Assembly: GCA_030141605.1 (NCBI GenBank)
Contig: JAQGDQ010000550.1
Location: 62,001-126,000 of the forward strand
DNA length: 64,000 bases
Reading direction: 5' to 3'
From: Tubiluchus corallicola
Taxonomy: Eukaryota > Animalia > Priapulida
The stretch's first letter is position 1. Each line of letters starts with the position of its first letter. The translations under genes were made by a program, and so were the position numbers. Below, piece after piece: positions 11,326 through 22,686 of the stretch. The notes under the pieces were generated by a model. The model made no database searches. It saw only the letters and a program-made list of their open reading frames with translations, and was not told the origin of the DNA.

Positions 11326-13353
11326 CGGTTCCTGGGTGGTTCGTTTTAGTTAAATGTCTCAATCTTTATCTGTTCAGTATTGTAGTGTCCATGAACATGC
11401 CGCAGTCACTGGATAATACCAAAAAATTTTACCTTCAAACTTCGTGTACCTGGAAAATGAAAAACATGCAGCTTATCAGTTAGAGTAAGTTTTATGTAAC
11501 CTTTCAAGCATAGTTTTAACCATTTGAATCAGTTTTAATAATAATAATACCAGGGTGAAATGAAAATGAGAAAAATTGAATTTACGAAACTGAACTTGAT
11601 TGAAAAGAAAACCAGTGAAAAAAGTTGGGACAAAACATAAATTTAAATCTGTATTTTTATAGACCCGTAAATTGCATGAAAAATTCACTCTCTTTTCACT
11701 AGACTGTTATCATTTATTTAGTTTGGTTTTCTATGAATTAGTTTTCAAAATGATGTAATAGACAGCGTGACCATTAAGAGCTTAGATTCATTTTGTCGTT
11801 AACCCTATTGCTATTTTTCTAATATATTTCTGTTACGCAACGCAAAAACCAATGCATCGCTAGTTGCAAAAACCAATGTGTTGCTAGAAGCAGGGGCTGG
11901 ATTTATTATCAAGTTCCTAAAAATGCTGAATGATGTCTTTTTTGATTTTGTTTTGGCACATGTATTTCACCAATTATCCAGCAGCAAATCCCGCCTTTGG
12001 TCCCTCTCTCATTTGTCCCTCCTTAGTTCACCTTCCTCTTTCTTCCTCTGCTTTTTTCATCTCTTTCTTTCTTTCTTTTTCTCTCACAATCTTCTCCGTT
12101 CTTATTCCACTAATTTAAGCACCTTGAAAATATTGTTTTAAAGTTTCATGTCTATAAGTTGAAAATGAAAGTTCATATTTTCTGTTTGTACTAATTACTC
12201 CACAAACTTTGTTGATGATTTTGCTTGTGGATGACTGGCTTATTACATGTATAATGTCTAGTCAACACTCTGAAAAAATACACTGAGTCAAAACAGTGAC
12301 ATTACAAAATTACATTCAAAACACTCAGTTCACACTGACACTTATTTAAACATATCTACTTGTTGTAGGGATATTCTTTTCATTTCTGAAATAGACTAGA
12401 ATGACATATACAAAAGCGAACTTTGTCTAACCAGGTGCTGAAAGGGGATTATGAAATCAAAAGAAAAAGAACTTCTGAGTAAAAAAGCACTTGCAGCAAA
12501 GAGAAGAAAGAAGAAACTAAGGGCTTAAACACAAGACTGACACTGATGAAAATCTGCCTGATGTAAGCTTGTCTTATAGGTATCCAGCGCTATGATAAAA
12601 TTTTATTATGTGTGCTTGACCAAAACCGTACATAAGTTGGCATAGTTAAAGTTAAGTTGTGATGCTTCAAAGAAGAATGCACCAATAATTTGGTTAAATG
12701 TGAATTTTTTGTTTTTTTTATAAAAACAAACGGTAAATATATTGAATTTTCATTTCAAGCATCAAATTATCAAGAAAATGTCCAACAAATAATAAAAATT
12801 TAATTTTATAACCCCATGCCCACTTTTCTGAATAGAAACTAGTACTGCAATTGTAAAAAATTTGTGTTTTCAAACTCCAATAGTAGCTCGTGGAATTAGT
12901 AATTTTGCTTCTGGTTTTTTCTGTTGACAAGGCCAGATCTTCATCAGGAAGAGCCATCTACTGGAAATAAACACAACTTCAATGTGTTCTTGCAAAGTTC
13001 ATAGCAACCACACGTTCATACAGTTGCCAAGTGTTTTGTAAAGACGCGACAAAAAACAATGGCTGACTTTAACAGCGATTTTCTCAAGATTATGTTTTGC
13101 AGTGCGTAGCATGCACCTCAACTTCAACGTGGATTATCTCAGCTTAGAAATAAGAGCATTTAGCTTAGTATCAAAATGATCCTTAAGAAATGAAGATTCA
13201 GGATACCTGAATAACTAATTGCCGATTTATGCACGATTTTGGTGTGCAAGCACACATATTTGCTTTTGATATAGGCAGAAATGTGCAGCCTGTGCATAGA
13301 ACAATATATGCAGAAAAGATGAATGTGAAATGCACAAATATGATATTATCCAT
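11326..13353 (-). pseudogene. Possible decayed multi-exon gene or spliced lncRNA
   Basis: Minus-strand splice signals: TTTTCCAG|...|GTGAG around 11449-11326; TTTTCAAG| at 12122; TTTTTTCAG| near 12270; donor GTAAGT near 13534. A signal-peptide-like start MDNIIFVHFTFIFSAYIVLC at 13353. Frames are interrupted by stops, often TGA in Arg/Lys-rich context. Confidence 0.3.
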
Positions 13354-13799
13354 GGATAATTCTTCCCGCTGTCACTTGAACTACCACAATTAGCAGCGTT
13401 TATTTTTACTTAATGCTTGGTATGGTACTCTCTCACTCTCATATCTGTATCATCAGATTTCCAATGTCCTTGTTTTAGACTAATATTTATAGCTTTTACA
13501 TTAAAAAACTGCCGTTAGATTTAAGCTTACTTACAGAAAATAAAAACTGCCTCTAAGTTTAAATATTACTTGCAAACAAATCGTTTTGAGAACTTTGCAA
13601 GTTTTCGTGTTTTATCAACAATTCCACAAATCGAAGACGGGAAATCTTCTAACGCGATCGGTCTTCAGTAATGGGGATCTTATTGTGGGGTTGTCTGTGA
13701 CAGACCGCCACATAATTTTATGTTATAATAATTATAAGAAGTAATTAAATTGGATTGCTGAGATTCTTAAAGCACTTTTCTAATGAAACAGCTTTTAAC

Positions 13800-13824
13800 T
13801 ATATATATATATATATATATATAT
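13800..13824. repeat. (TA)n microsatellite
   Basis: TA dinucleotide run. Confidence 0.9.
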
Positions 13825-14509
13825 AAATTAGGAGAACTGTCAGTACTCTATAGGCCCACTATAGCCAACGATACAGTAATAACAATTATTATCGTTTTCG
13901 TTTTTTTGCCATAATATTTTTATCTGTGTCATAATCATATCCTACTACTTTAAAATACCCTGGTGTTGAGAAAACCTATTCCTTTCAACCTTTCTTATCA
14001 CGACATACCCAGAGGTAATACCAAAAGGATAATTTGCACATTCCATAAAAAATTAAATTCTTTATGTTGTTGTTGCTGTCGTTGTCGTTACTGTCGTCGC
14101 AGCTGCTGCTGTAGCACTCCTATTGCACTGTTGTTCTTATAACGACACATTTAATTTCATGTTATAATAATTATGAAGAAAATGACTGAATAAATATGTT
14201 GATAGCAATTGTTGTCTAAATTAAATAAGTAGTGTAGACACTTTTACGTGTTAATTTTTTTTATTGTATCTCTTCTTTACAGCTGATGAAGTTAGTGAAG
14301 GGCGAAAGCTATGCTGTGAAAGATAAAAAATGAGATTTAATGGGTACTTTGACTTCTTAATGACAGTGACCATGAGAAGTTTCAGAATAGCACTATCTTA
14401 TTTTCAAGCTAAATGCGTACCATAGATCTCATTTGAGTTTATTATGGTTTTGTGCAGTTTATGCTGGTTTTACTAACGATTATCTATTAATGTTACTGTT
14501 ATTACTGTT

Positions 14510-14582
14510 ATCATCATCAGCATCATTGTCATCATCGTCATCATCATCATCACCATCATCGTCATCATCTTCATTATCATCA
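14510..14582 (+). repeat. Imperfect (TCA)n microsatellite
   Basis: Degenerate TCA/TCG triplet run. Confidence 0.85.
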
Positions 14583-15139
14583 TATTCAGTAATACAAACT
14601 GAAGAGCTGACAGTGTATGCTAGTGGACCAAGCTAACAGCAATGTTTGGCCTACCATGGACAACTAGCAAATGGATGACTGACCACTGTAAAATTTCTTC
14701 TGTGTGTTTTTTTTGGTCATTTCATTTTGGGTTGAATTTTCATTTTGGGTTGCTCATTTAATTAGCACTTTGAATTACATTACAAAAAAGTCAGGAATTA
14801 AGAACATAATATTAAATTTGGTGCAAGAGCAGCAAAATTAATGACCATTATGACATGTTTTCCTAGTCGGAGTTTCTATTATCAAAATACGTGAACAAAG
14901 TCAAAGATGTACTTGGATTTGAAGATTTATTTACTATAAAAATGGCAGGACATAAAAAAGTTATGAAAAATAGGATATAACAGTCAAAAATCAAATGTTT
15001 AGAAAAAAATCTCGAAAAATAACAACTTTAAATAAAAATTACATAAACAAAAGTAAACAAGTGTTCAAGAAATCTAGATAAGTCAGTTTATCTAAAGTAC
15101 AACAATATATATAGACAAAGACATTTACATGAATACTAT

Positions 15140-17790
15140 ACTTTTCATGCTAAAATTGAATGCACACTTACGGTGGTCAACTCTTCTGGACACACATGTT
15201 ATATCTGTGGTGATATAAATATTAATCTTCTGCACCTAGAGAAGAAACAATATGTCTCCAACAATCTTTCTATGCTCTTTTCTCAATTTTTCATGCCAAT
15301 TATTACACGTCCAACAAGAATTACTCATACGTCTAAAACCTTGATTGATCATATCTATACCAATAATATGAGTCAACATATTGTGCCTGGTATAGCCCTG
15401 TACGAGGTTGCAGATCACTTGCCTATACTCTGTATCATAAAACAGTCAACGCTTGGCAGAACTAAATTTAACAAAGTTGTACGAGATAAGTGTAATATTA
15501 AGAAAGAAGACTTTGTACAAATTTGACAAACAGCCTTGATAATGTGGACTATTCCCAGTTTTTGACCGATGGAGCTTTTTTGCATGTTATTAACACTATT
15601 ACAGTTGTCTTAGACACGCATGCCACTTTCAAAACCTTAACATGCAAAAAATACTAATAGTATTAAGAATAACTCTAGTAATTCTAGTCTCTGTTAAAAA
15701 TAAAAGTAAGCTATTTAAAACACTCAAATTGTCTAATAATCCATAGGAAGTTAACTACTTCAAACTTTATTCAAATCAGTTAAATCGAATTAAAGAAATT
15801 TCAAAAAAGTTATACTACTCTCAAATCTTGCAAGCAAACAAAAATAATATGAAAAAAAATCTGGTCCACAATTAAAGATATATGTAATAAGGGAAAAGAT
15901 TCCAGAATAATTTCAAATAAAATGACAAGTGAAGACACTGAAGTTGTCGATTTACCTGCTATCTGCGAAACATTCAATAACATTTTTGCATCTGTTGGGC
16001 GAAAATACAACAAAAAATAATTCCCTTTCATTCGTTCATTTTAGTTCATACCTAGGGCATAAAAATCCTAATTCTTTTTTATTGACCCAATAACAGAGCA
16101 AGTCAGATTACAAATTAAAAAAAAATTGACGAAAGTGAAGCCTTTGCATTCTTACAAGCTTTGTTTCTTGACCACCATGCAGCTTATATTTCCTGTTGGT
16201 AAACTATTATACGGTTAGTAACTATATTGTTCTTTTACAATTATTGTAATTACATTTGATTTGATGTATAGCAGTTACAATGTGATAATGTAATTATACT
16301 GGAGTGGACAATAAATTACAATAACAATTACAATTGCCTCTGGACCTGAAAATGTACCCATTACTTATCAAATGGCCTCTGAAATTCTCGCACCACTTCT
16401 TACACTTCTTTTCAATAAATCAGTTTCCAATGGTACTTTTCCAAACGTACTAAAAATAACCAAGATCATCTCTATTCACAGATCGGGCTCCATAAGTAAC
16501 CCTTCGAACTACAGACCCATTTCTCTTTTATTACCAATTGCTAAAATTTTTGAAAAACTTTTGTACACACGCTTAGATGGTCTTTTAGACAAGTATAATT
16601 TACTGACTGTGCACGAATTTGGTTTTCGAAAATTGGACTTAACCTCATTAGCAATGTCATAATTATGTGACAGAATTAGGCATGACGTAGACCAAAAGTT
16701 ACATGTTTGTGATATTTTCTTGCACCTCTCCAAAGCATTTGATACCTTACAGCACAATGTATTGACTCATAAGCTTGAACATTATGGGATAAGGGGAATC
16801 ATATTGAGTTTATTCTAGTCATACTGGGACTCGCGAAGTCATTATACTACTGTTGCAGATGTTTCATCCAACTTGACTAATGTTACATGCAGGGTTCCTC
16901 AAGGTTCCACCCTTGGCCCCTACTATTTTTGTTATACGTCAATGATTTACCACTAGCATCCAATTATAACACAAGAATGTTTGGTGATGATACAAATTTA
17001 TTTCTGGCAGACAAGAAGTATAAAGGATCTGGAGCAATCAGTAAACATAGATATATAAAAAATTGACATGAGGATGAAAACTAATCAATTACCAGTTAAT
17101 TACAAAAAAAACTAAATTTGTGTTAATCACTGCTCAGTATTCCAAACTAGACCGAACTAATTTTCAAATCAAATGGGCAATAATAATCTTGAGCAAACTG
17201 ATCAAATCAAGTATCTAGGTATCCTTATCGACAATAAATTATCATGGAAACAGCACACACTCCACATTTCATATAAAATTAATAAAATTATAGGTATCAT
17301 AAGCAAATTGCAGCATTATGCAGACATGCACACAAACATAACTGTTTACTATCCCCCAGTTTACCCACATCTGCAATATAGTGTCCTGGCTTGGGGAACA
17401 GCATCTAATCAAACACTGAATCCAGTCATTACTGCATAGAACAAAATTGTCAAATTAATAAATTTCTCCTTGATTCGTGCACATGCAACGCCAGCATACA
17501 AAAATTTACATATACTAAAATTACATGACATTTATAAACTGGAAATAACAAAATTTGAATAAAAGTTTAAATATCATTATGCTTCCAGAAATGTTCTGTT
17601 CCTATTATGTGTATGCTGCTGATGTTCACAATTATAACACTCGATCTGCTAAAAGAGATGTTTTATATGTACAACTGGTCAATGCTCCTTAAAGTTTCGA
17701 GGCTGTAAATTGTGGAACTCAACAGAAATTACATCGGGTTCCTTAAATACATTGCAGAAACAATACAAAGAAAACATTTATTGAGTAGCT
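15140..17790 (+). mobile_element. Decayed non-LTR retrotransposon (CR1/L2-like LINE) ORF2: APE endonuclease C-terminus plus reverse transcriptase
   Basis: APE motifs YICGDININLL and ITRPTRITHTSKTLIDHIYTN. RT motifs NYRPISLL (~16508), HLSKAFDT (D>H), RVPQGSTLGP (~16891), MFGDDT (~16977, FADD decayed) and IKYLGILIDNKLSW. Many stops and frameshifts; 5'-truncated. Boundaries approximate. Confidence 0.92.
16144..16339. mobile_element. 196-bp insertion within the LINE
   Basis: Removing it rejoins KIDESEA-SGPENVPI (the LINE KAxGPDxI motif). GCCT occurs on both sides (16140-16143, 16336-16339). Confidence 0.6.
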
Positions 17791-18129
17791 ACAATATTGA
17801 TACGTGTCAGCAATATTGATCATATTCATTATTTTTTCTGATACTTACTCCATCTATTATTTAGTCTGTTTTTTGTCATGATAACTAATCTTTTAATTAT
17901 AAATCACTGTTAGAATTGTCAGTAAATATTTTTCTCATTGAGGATGTTATTGACAAATAATGAATAAATCTTGTAATTTTTAACATTATTGCCATTAAAA
18001 AGTTGAGATCATTTTGAGTCTTTGTCATACTGTGGACAATATATCATATCATAATAATGTGTTCGTTCGTCAAATGACGTAAAACTTTTAAGCTTTTGTT
18101 ACCAAGCGCTTCAACATGTAGTTATAATA

Positions 18130-18610
18130 TACTCTGCAAGATAAAGCATTTTCACTATTAAAGACATTCCATTGAGACCTTTTGCGTGAAATCAATCAAT
18201 GTGAGTAATCTGCTGCCTTTGGGCTTCGCTGATGGTTTACTTGAATGGAAAGCTACAATAATTGGACTGTCTTCTGCAAATCACGATCTACCCAATTATG
18301 TTTGCCTTTAACCTTCTTGGTCCATACTTTTCCTTGATTTTATCATTCAAGTTTACAACTTGTTGTTTACAACTTTTGGCCATTTTATCCCCAGCAATAA
18401 TCTATACAAACGTGTTTGAAAAGTGTCAATCTCCTGTTGATTATTTACTTTCAAGATACACAGTTCAAAATTGTACAGAAAGATAATCGAATGATAAAAA
18501 AGTTTTGAAAATCCCAAGTTTGCAGTTTAAGTTAAGCTGACATTTTTGTTATTAAAGACATTTCCAACTTTTGAGAATGCTGCTAATGCCAATATTTTTC
18601 TTCTTCGGTA
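18130..18610 (-). mobile_element. 3' fragment of an RTE-clade non-LTR retrotransposon
   Basis: With frameshifts it reads RRRKILALAAFSKVGNVFNNKNVS / KLGIFKTFLS / IFLYNFELCILKVNNQQEIDTFQTRLYRLLLGIKWPKVVNN / EDSPIIVAFHSSKPSAKPKGSRLLTLID, matching the post-RT region of RTE-type ORFs. Confidence 0.75.
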
Positions 18611-19140
18611 GCCAATACACTTTCTAGGTTATTAGGCTAGGTATTTACTTATGTATGGAATAGGTATTTATGTAAGTATGGACAAGTGTTTTCCCAAAAG
18701 TCGTCGCTAAACAAAGATTTCTTCTTTTGCTGAACAGGAGTCCGTACTAAACTATTACGATCTTTTGTGTTGATGTTTTTATTGTGAATAATTGAATATT
18801 TATACCTACTTGTTTTATCAAAAGCGAATACTAGGATGACTAACTAAAACTGACGATAGTAAGAGTACGTTACGGTTATTAATTGTTATACAACATTGAA
18901 AACCCATTTTGGTCAAACCCAACTCATAACGTAGTTCCAAATCTGGTTTCGTTTCCCAAAGTTAAATGCCTTTCAAGTTCTTATACACGTTAAACCTTGT
19001 TATGTTCTTGGACGTTTAATTGGTAAATCGTTCGGACAAGAAAATGAGGCTTGGTATACAGTAATTCGTTTTATGCAGCCGTTATAAGCCAATATACAAT
19101 CATAATTAATTGTGGAGTGATATTTTCAATGCGAATGACA

Positions 19141-19152
19141 TGTCACGTGACA
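19141..19152. promoter_or_regulatory. Perfect CLEAR/E-box palindrome in the putative RNF141 promoter
   Basis: TGTCACGTGACA, ~630 bp upstream of the ATG. A candidate non-coding exon donor CAG|GTAGAT lies at 19345 and an acceptor TTTTAAG| at 19767. Confidence 0.5.
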
Positions 19153-19779
19153 CGTAGCATTATTACCACGGTAAAAAACCCAACCTTTAATTAAATGAAG
19201 AACTCTCGTTCTTTGTTTGTTGAGTTCTCTTCAACTTTTTTGCAAAGTTGTGGATGCAGAAAATGTGTACTCATATCAAGAACCATTTGATTGTACTTGT
19301 AGATTAGATTAGACAGAGAATGTAATATCTGCTATTCTTAAACAGGTAGATTTATTTCACATACATGGAATAGTAACAGACCTGTATTATATGGCAGTTA
19401 AGAAAATGAAAATGAGAGGCTTTTGCCCATATTTTAAATTTATTATAATTTTTTATTTTAGTCACTATGTCAAGTTCTTATTCAGTGTTTCAATTATTTC
19501 AGTGAAAGTTTGAAACAGGTAGAAGAGAAGTTGGAGTTGGTATAATTCTGCTGAAATTAATTTCATATAATTTAGATGAAGTTAAGAGCATTAGTCGGAG
19601 TTTTAGCATGATTGCGTCATACACCATTCCAATTTAACTGTTTTTGAGATTTTGGTGGTAACGATTAAGCATTGAAGTCTCTTATGTTAATTCACATGAA
19701 GTTTGAGAAGCTGTGAAGTGTTTGCAGTAATATTTTGCGTGCCTCTTTCAAATTATTATTTTTTAAGGTATTCAAAAAG

Positions 19780-19925
19780 ATGGGCGGTATTTCCTCGACA
19801 TCCACGTCCGATGCGAATTTTGCCGTGTTGCAAGATGCTGTCCTCAGACATGCTGGAACATTGAAAAGATTGACAACGTTACGATATGACGAGTTTCTTA
19901 GATGCATTGAACACTTAAATAACCT
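19780..19925 (+). CDS. RNF141: RING finger protein 141, coding exon 1
   Basis: MGGISSTS (N-myristoylation-type MG start)...YDEFLRCIEHLNNL; donor CT|GTAGGT, phase 2. Confidence 0.9.
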
Positions 19926-20346
19926 GTAGGTATTTGTAATTGTTACAATCTTTGAAATACAAGATAAAACGTGACTTTTTCACGTGTAGGCTGTTAAACT
20001 AGTCTAGTGTTTTCCATTAGTTAGCTTTTAGGGCACTTCAGTCTTATTGTGGAACTCCAGAACTAATATTTTCATTTAGACACATAGGGTAATTTGAAAA
20101 AGTCTCTTTCTTAGAATGCTATTTGGGTAGTAAGAGAAATTTTACAAAACAAACGAGTATATTTGAGTTGAGTTATAAAACTTTCTTTATTTTATTTTTT
20201 TTGTATAATCTATATTATCGATTGTTTAACATTAAATAATTTAAAATTGTACGTGTGATTTTGGTAAGTTGTGAGAGATTTTGTATGAAGGAGGCCACAT
20301 TAATTCTTGCTCACTGAAATATATGTATCGTATTGTTAAACTTCAG

Positions 20347-20455
20347 TACCAAAGATTTCTGTGATCCACATGGAAAACGGCTTGTTTTTGCTGTTAAAAG
20401 AGGTACTGATGACACCGTGCTTTGGAAAGCTATGGTCAGAATTCGCTGTATAAAG
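20347..20455 (+). CDS. RNF141: RING finger protein 141, coding exon 2
   Basis: CTTCAG| TKDFCDPHGKRLVFAVKRGTDDTVLWKAMVRIRCIK |GTACA; resembles RNF141 [25 protein letters not shown]. Confidence 0.92.
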
Positions 20456-20763
20456 GTACATTCTTTAATAGTAGACGCAAGTAGAACTTTTTATTTTTTT
20501 TAACATCTACCAGAAGGAAAAGGCAGATCTTTTTTATCGTCAAAGATCAAAACTAGCAGTTAGGGCAATTGTTGATGATAGACCACATTTTGTAATAATG
20601 AATTCAAAACAAATGAGAAAGATATTAAAATATCAGTATCAACTCATTGTTTGTGGGTTGATCTAGAAAGATTAAATAAATATGTTGTTTTCTTCAGATT
20701 TGGTACATTTTAAATTCACAAGAAATCCAGTAATTAAATGTTAAAATACTGATTCTGTTTCAG

Positions 20764-20996
20764 ATTAACATCGAAAGTGGTCGACCAGAGTCCAGCCGCT
20801 TGCTGAACCTAAAACAGTTTGTAGATTTTTATAATGTGATAACCCAACAAGTGGCTACCCTTGCTAGTCAAGCTGAAAGTTCTACTGGAAGGAGCACACT
20901 TAACGGTTCATGCTCTACTCATTGTGAGGAAACTGGTGATAGTGAAAAACTTGGAGCATGTGCACATGACCTGGAGGCATCTGTACTCTTGACAAC
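20764..20996 (+). CDS. RNF141: RING finger protein 141, coding exon 3
   Basis: TTTCAG| INIESGRPESSRLLNLKQFVDFYNVITQQ...LEASVLLT |GTATGT; resembles RNF141 SRIMNLYQFIQLY; phase 2. Confidence 0.9.
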
Positions 20997-21751
20997 GTAT
21001 GTTACCATTAAATTGTACATTTTTTATAAAAGGGGAGATGAAAGAAAAAAATGCAAGTTATAGAGCTGTAACGATACATATCGCGATACTAACCTCAGGA
21101 TACAATACACCTGAGTTAACATTTTTAGGTTTTATAAAAAGGTTAGATGAAGCTGTTGATAACTCTTTAATTAACCGTTTGATTTTTATTTATTACTTTT
21201 GTAATGTCTAAGCTATTGCTTGCAGTGTAAGTCACCAGAAAAGAAAAACATATCAGTACTTTACATTTAAAAATTGCTTGTACATTTTCTGGTTCACTTG
21301 GCCATTTCACAAGTTTATGTGTAAACAGCGTAATTAGCCTTCTACAAATTAAAAACTTTGCGTATTCAGCAGCTTTTGGCTGCTAGCAGTGCCTGTGTCA
21401 ACTCAGCTACTGCTCACTGCCGTGGTTGTTACATATCTACACTCCACAGCTGCAGCTTGGGTTACTTTACATCATCTTTATCAGCATATGGTCAAGTCTT
21501 CTAACTGCTAAATATCACTGACTCAGTTTATCATGATATGAGTGCACTTTGGCGATACGTATATCGTAATAAAAGATATTACAATGCATCGATACATTGA
21601 CGTATCATTACAAGCCTGTTAGAAGTTATCTTTTTTTCTTAATTTCACATTGTAGTGCATGGAACAAGTTCTTCAAGATTTGAATCTTATTTTTAAAAAA
21701 TACGAAAGTTATAGCTTGAAGCAAGTTTACTTTACAATATTTTTTGTTCAG

Positions 21752-21871
21752 TCTAGATTCTAGTGCAGCTAAGAAAAGTGATACAACGGAATGTTGCATC
21801 TGTATGGAGAGGCAAACGGAACTACTCTTACCCTGTGCTCACCAATACTGCTTGCAGTGCATTGAACAATG
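21752..21871 (+). CDS. RNF141: RING finger protein 141, coding exon 4 (C3HC4 RING)
   Basis: ECCICMERQTELLLPCAHQYCLQCIEQW; AG/GT boundaries with consistent phase. Confidence 0.93.
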
Positions 21872-22535
21872 GTAGGCTGATTTGTTTATATTTTTGTTGT
21901 TTTTTCTTGCCTTGTGTTTATTAAATGTATTTGTTAACTAATCTTGTTAATTGTACTAACTTCTAAGAGCATCTAAGACCTTCTGGTTGCATTTACTGAA
22001 ATAATCTATATGATTTTGTTTCTTGATGGGGTTGGATGCAGCACGATAACTCCAGCTTGCAACTCGAACTCGGAAGTTTTTGTAAACCTAGCATTTTTTG
22101 TCCCAGTGTTTTGACTGTATTCTTGTGAATGTGTTCGACCTGTACAGCAAGGCAAAACCTTGTCACCCTTGATTAGTGTATTTTTACTTGCAGTTATCTT
22201 ACTTTTATTGTGTGTTGGCTATTTTAATTTCCTCAATTTCCTAGGTCCAAGTTTGATTGCAGACACTTGATTATTCACAATTGGAAAAGTTTCTGTACAG
22301 ACTGTTTAATAAATGAATGGTACTTTTATAACCGAAACTGGTCTATTATGTGCACCTCTATTATGTATACTTCTTTCACCAATGCCTGATAAAGATTACT
22401 ATTTTTATCATGTTGAAAATTATAATTAACTTTTCAGCCAATAGATGGCAGGATTTCACTTGTACTTTAGGTGTACTACATATCTTTGTATTCTCACTTA
22501 TTACAGACTGTGTATTAACTTCAGTTTTATTTCAG

Positions 22536-22686
22536 GAACGTGACAAACAAAACATGTCCAATATGTCGCCATCGACTCAATAGCACGGACGATTCGTGGG
22601 TTCTAACGGAAATGCCGGATTCAAGGGAAATGGAGGCCGAATTACGAAATTATTTAATGAATTTCACAAAAGCCGATACTGGTTGA
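22536..22686 (+). CDS. RNF141: RING finger protein 141, last coding exon
   Basis: NVTNKTCPICRHRLNSTDDSWVLTEMP...ADTG-TGA completes the RING; spliced CDS is 759 nt (252 aa). Confidence 0.93.

Noticed and set aside
11880-12122. In-frame TGA codons as selenocysteine or an alternative genetic code
   Set aside because: TAA stops also interrupt these frames, I recognised no SECIS, and RNF141 uses TGA as its stop and TGG for Trp.
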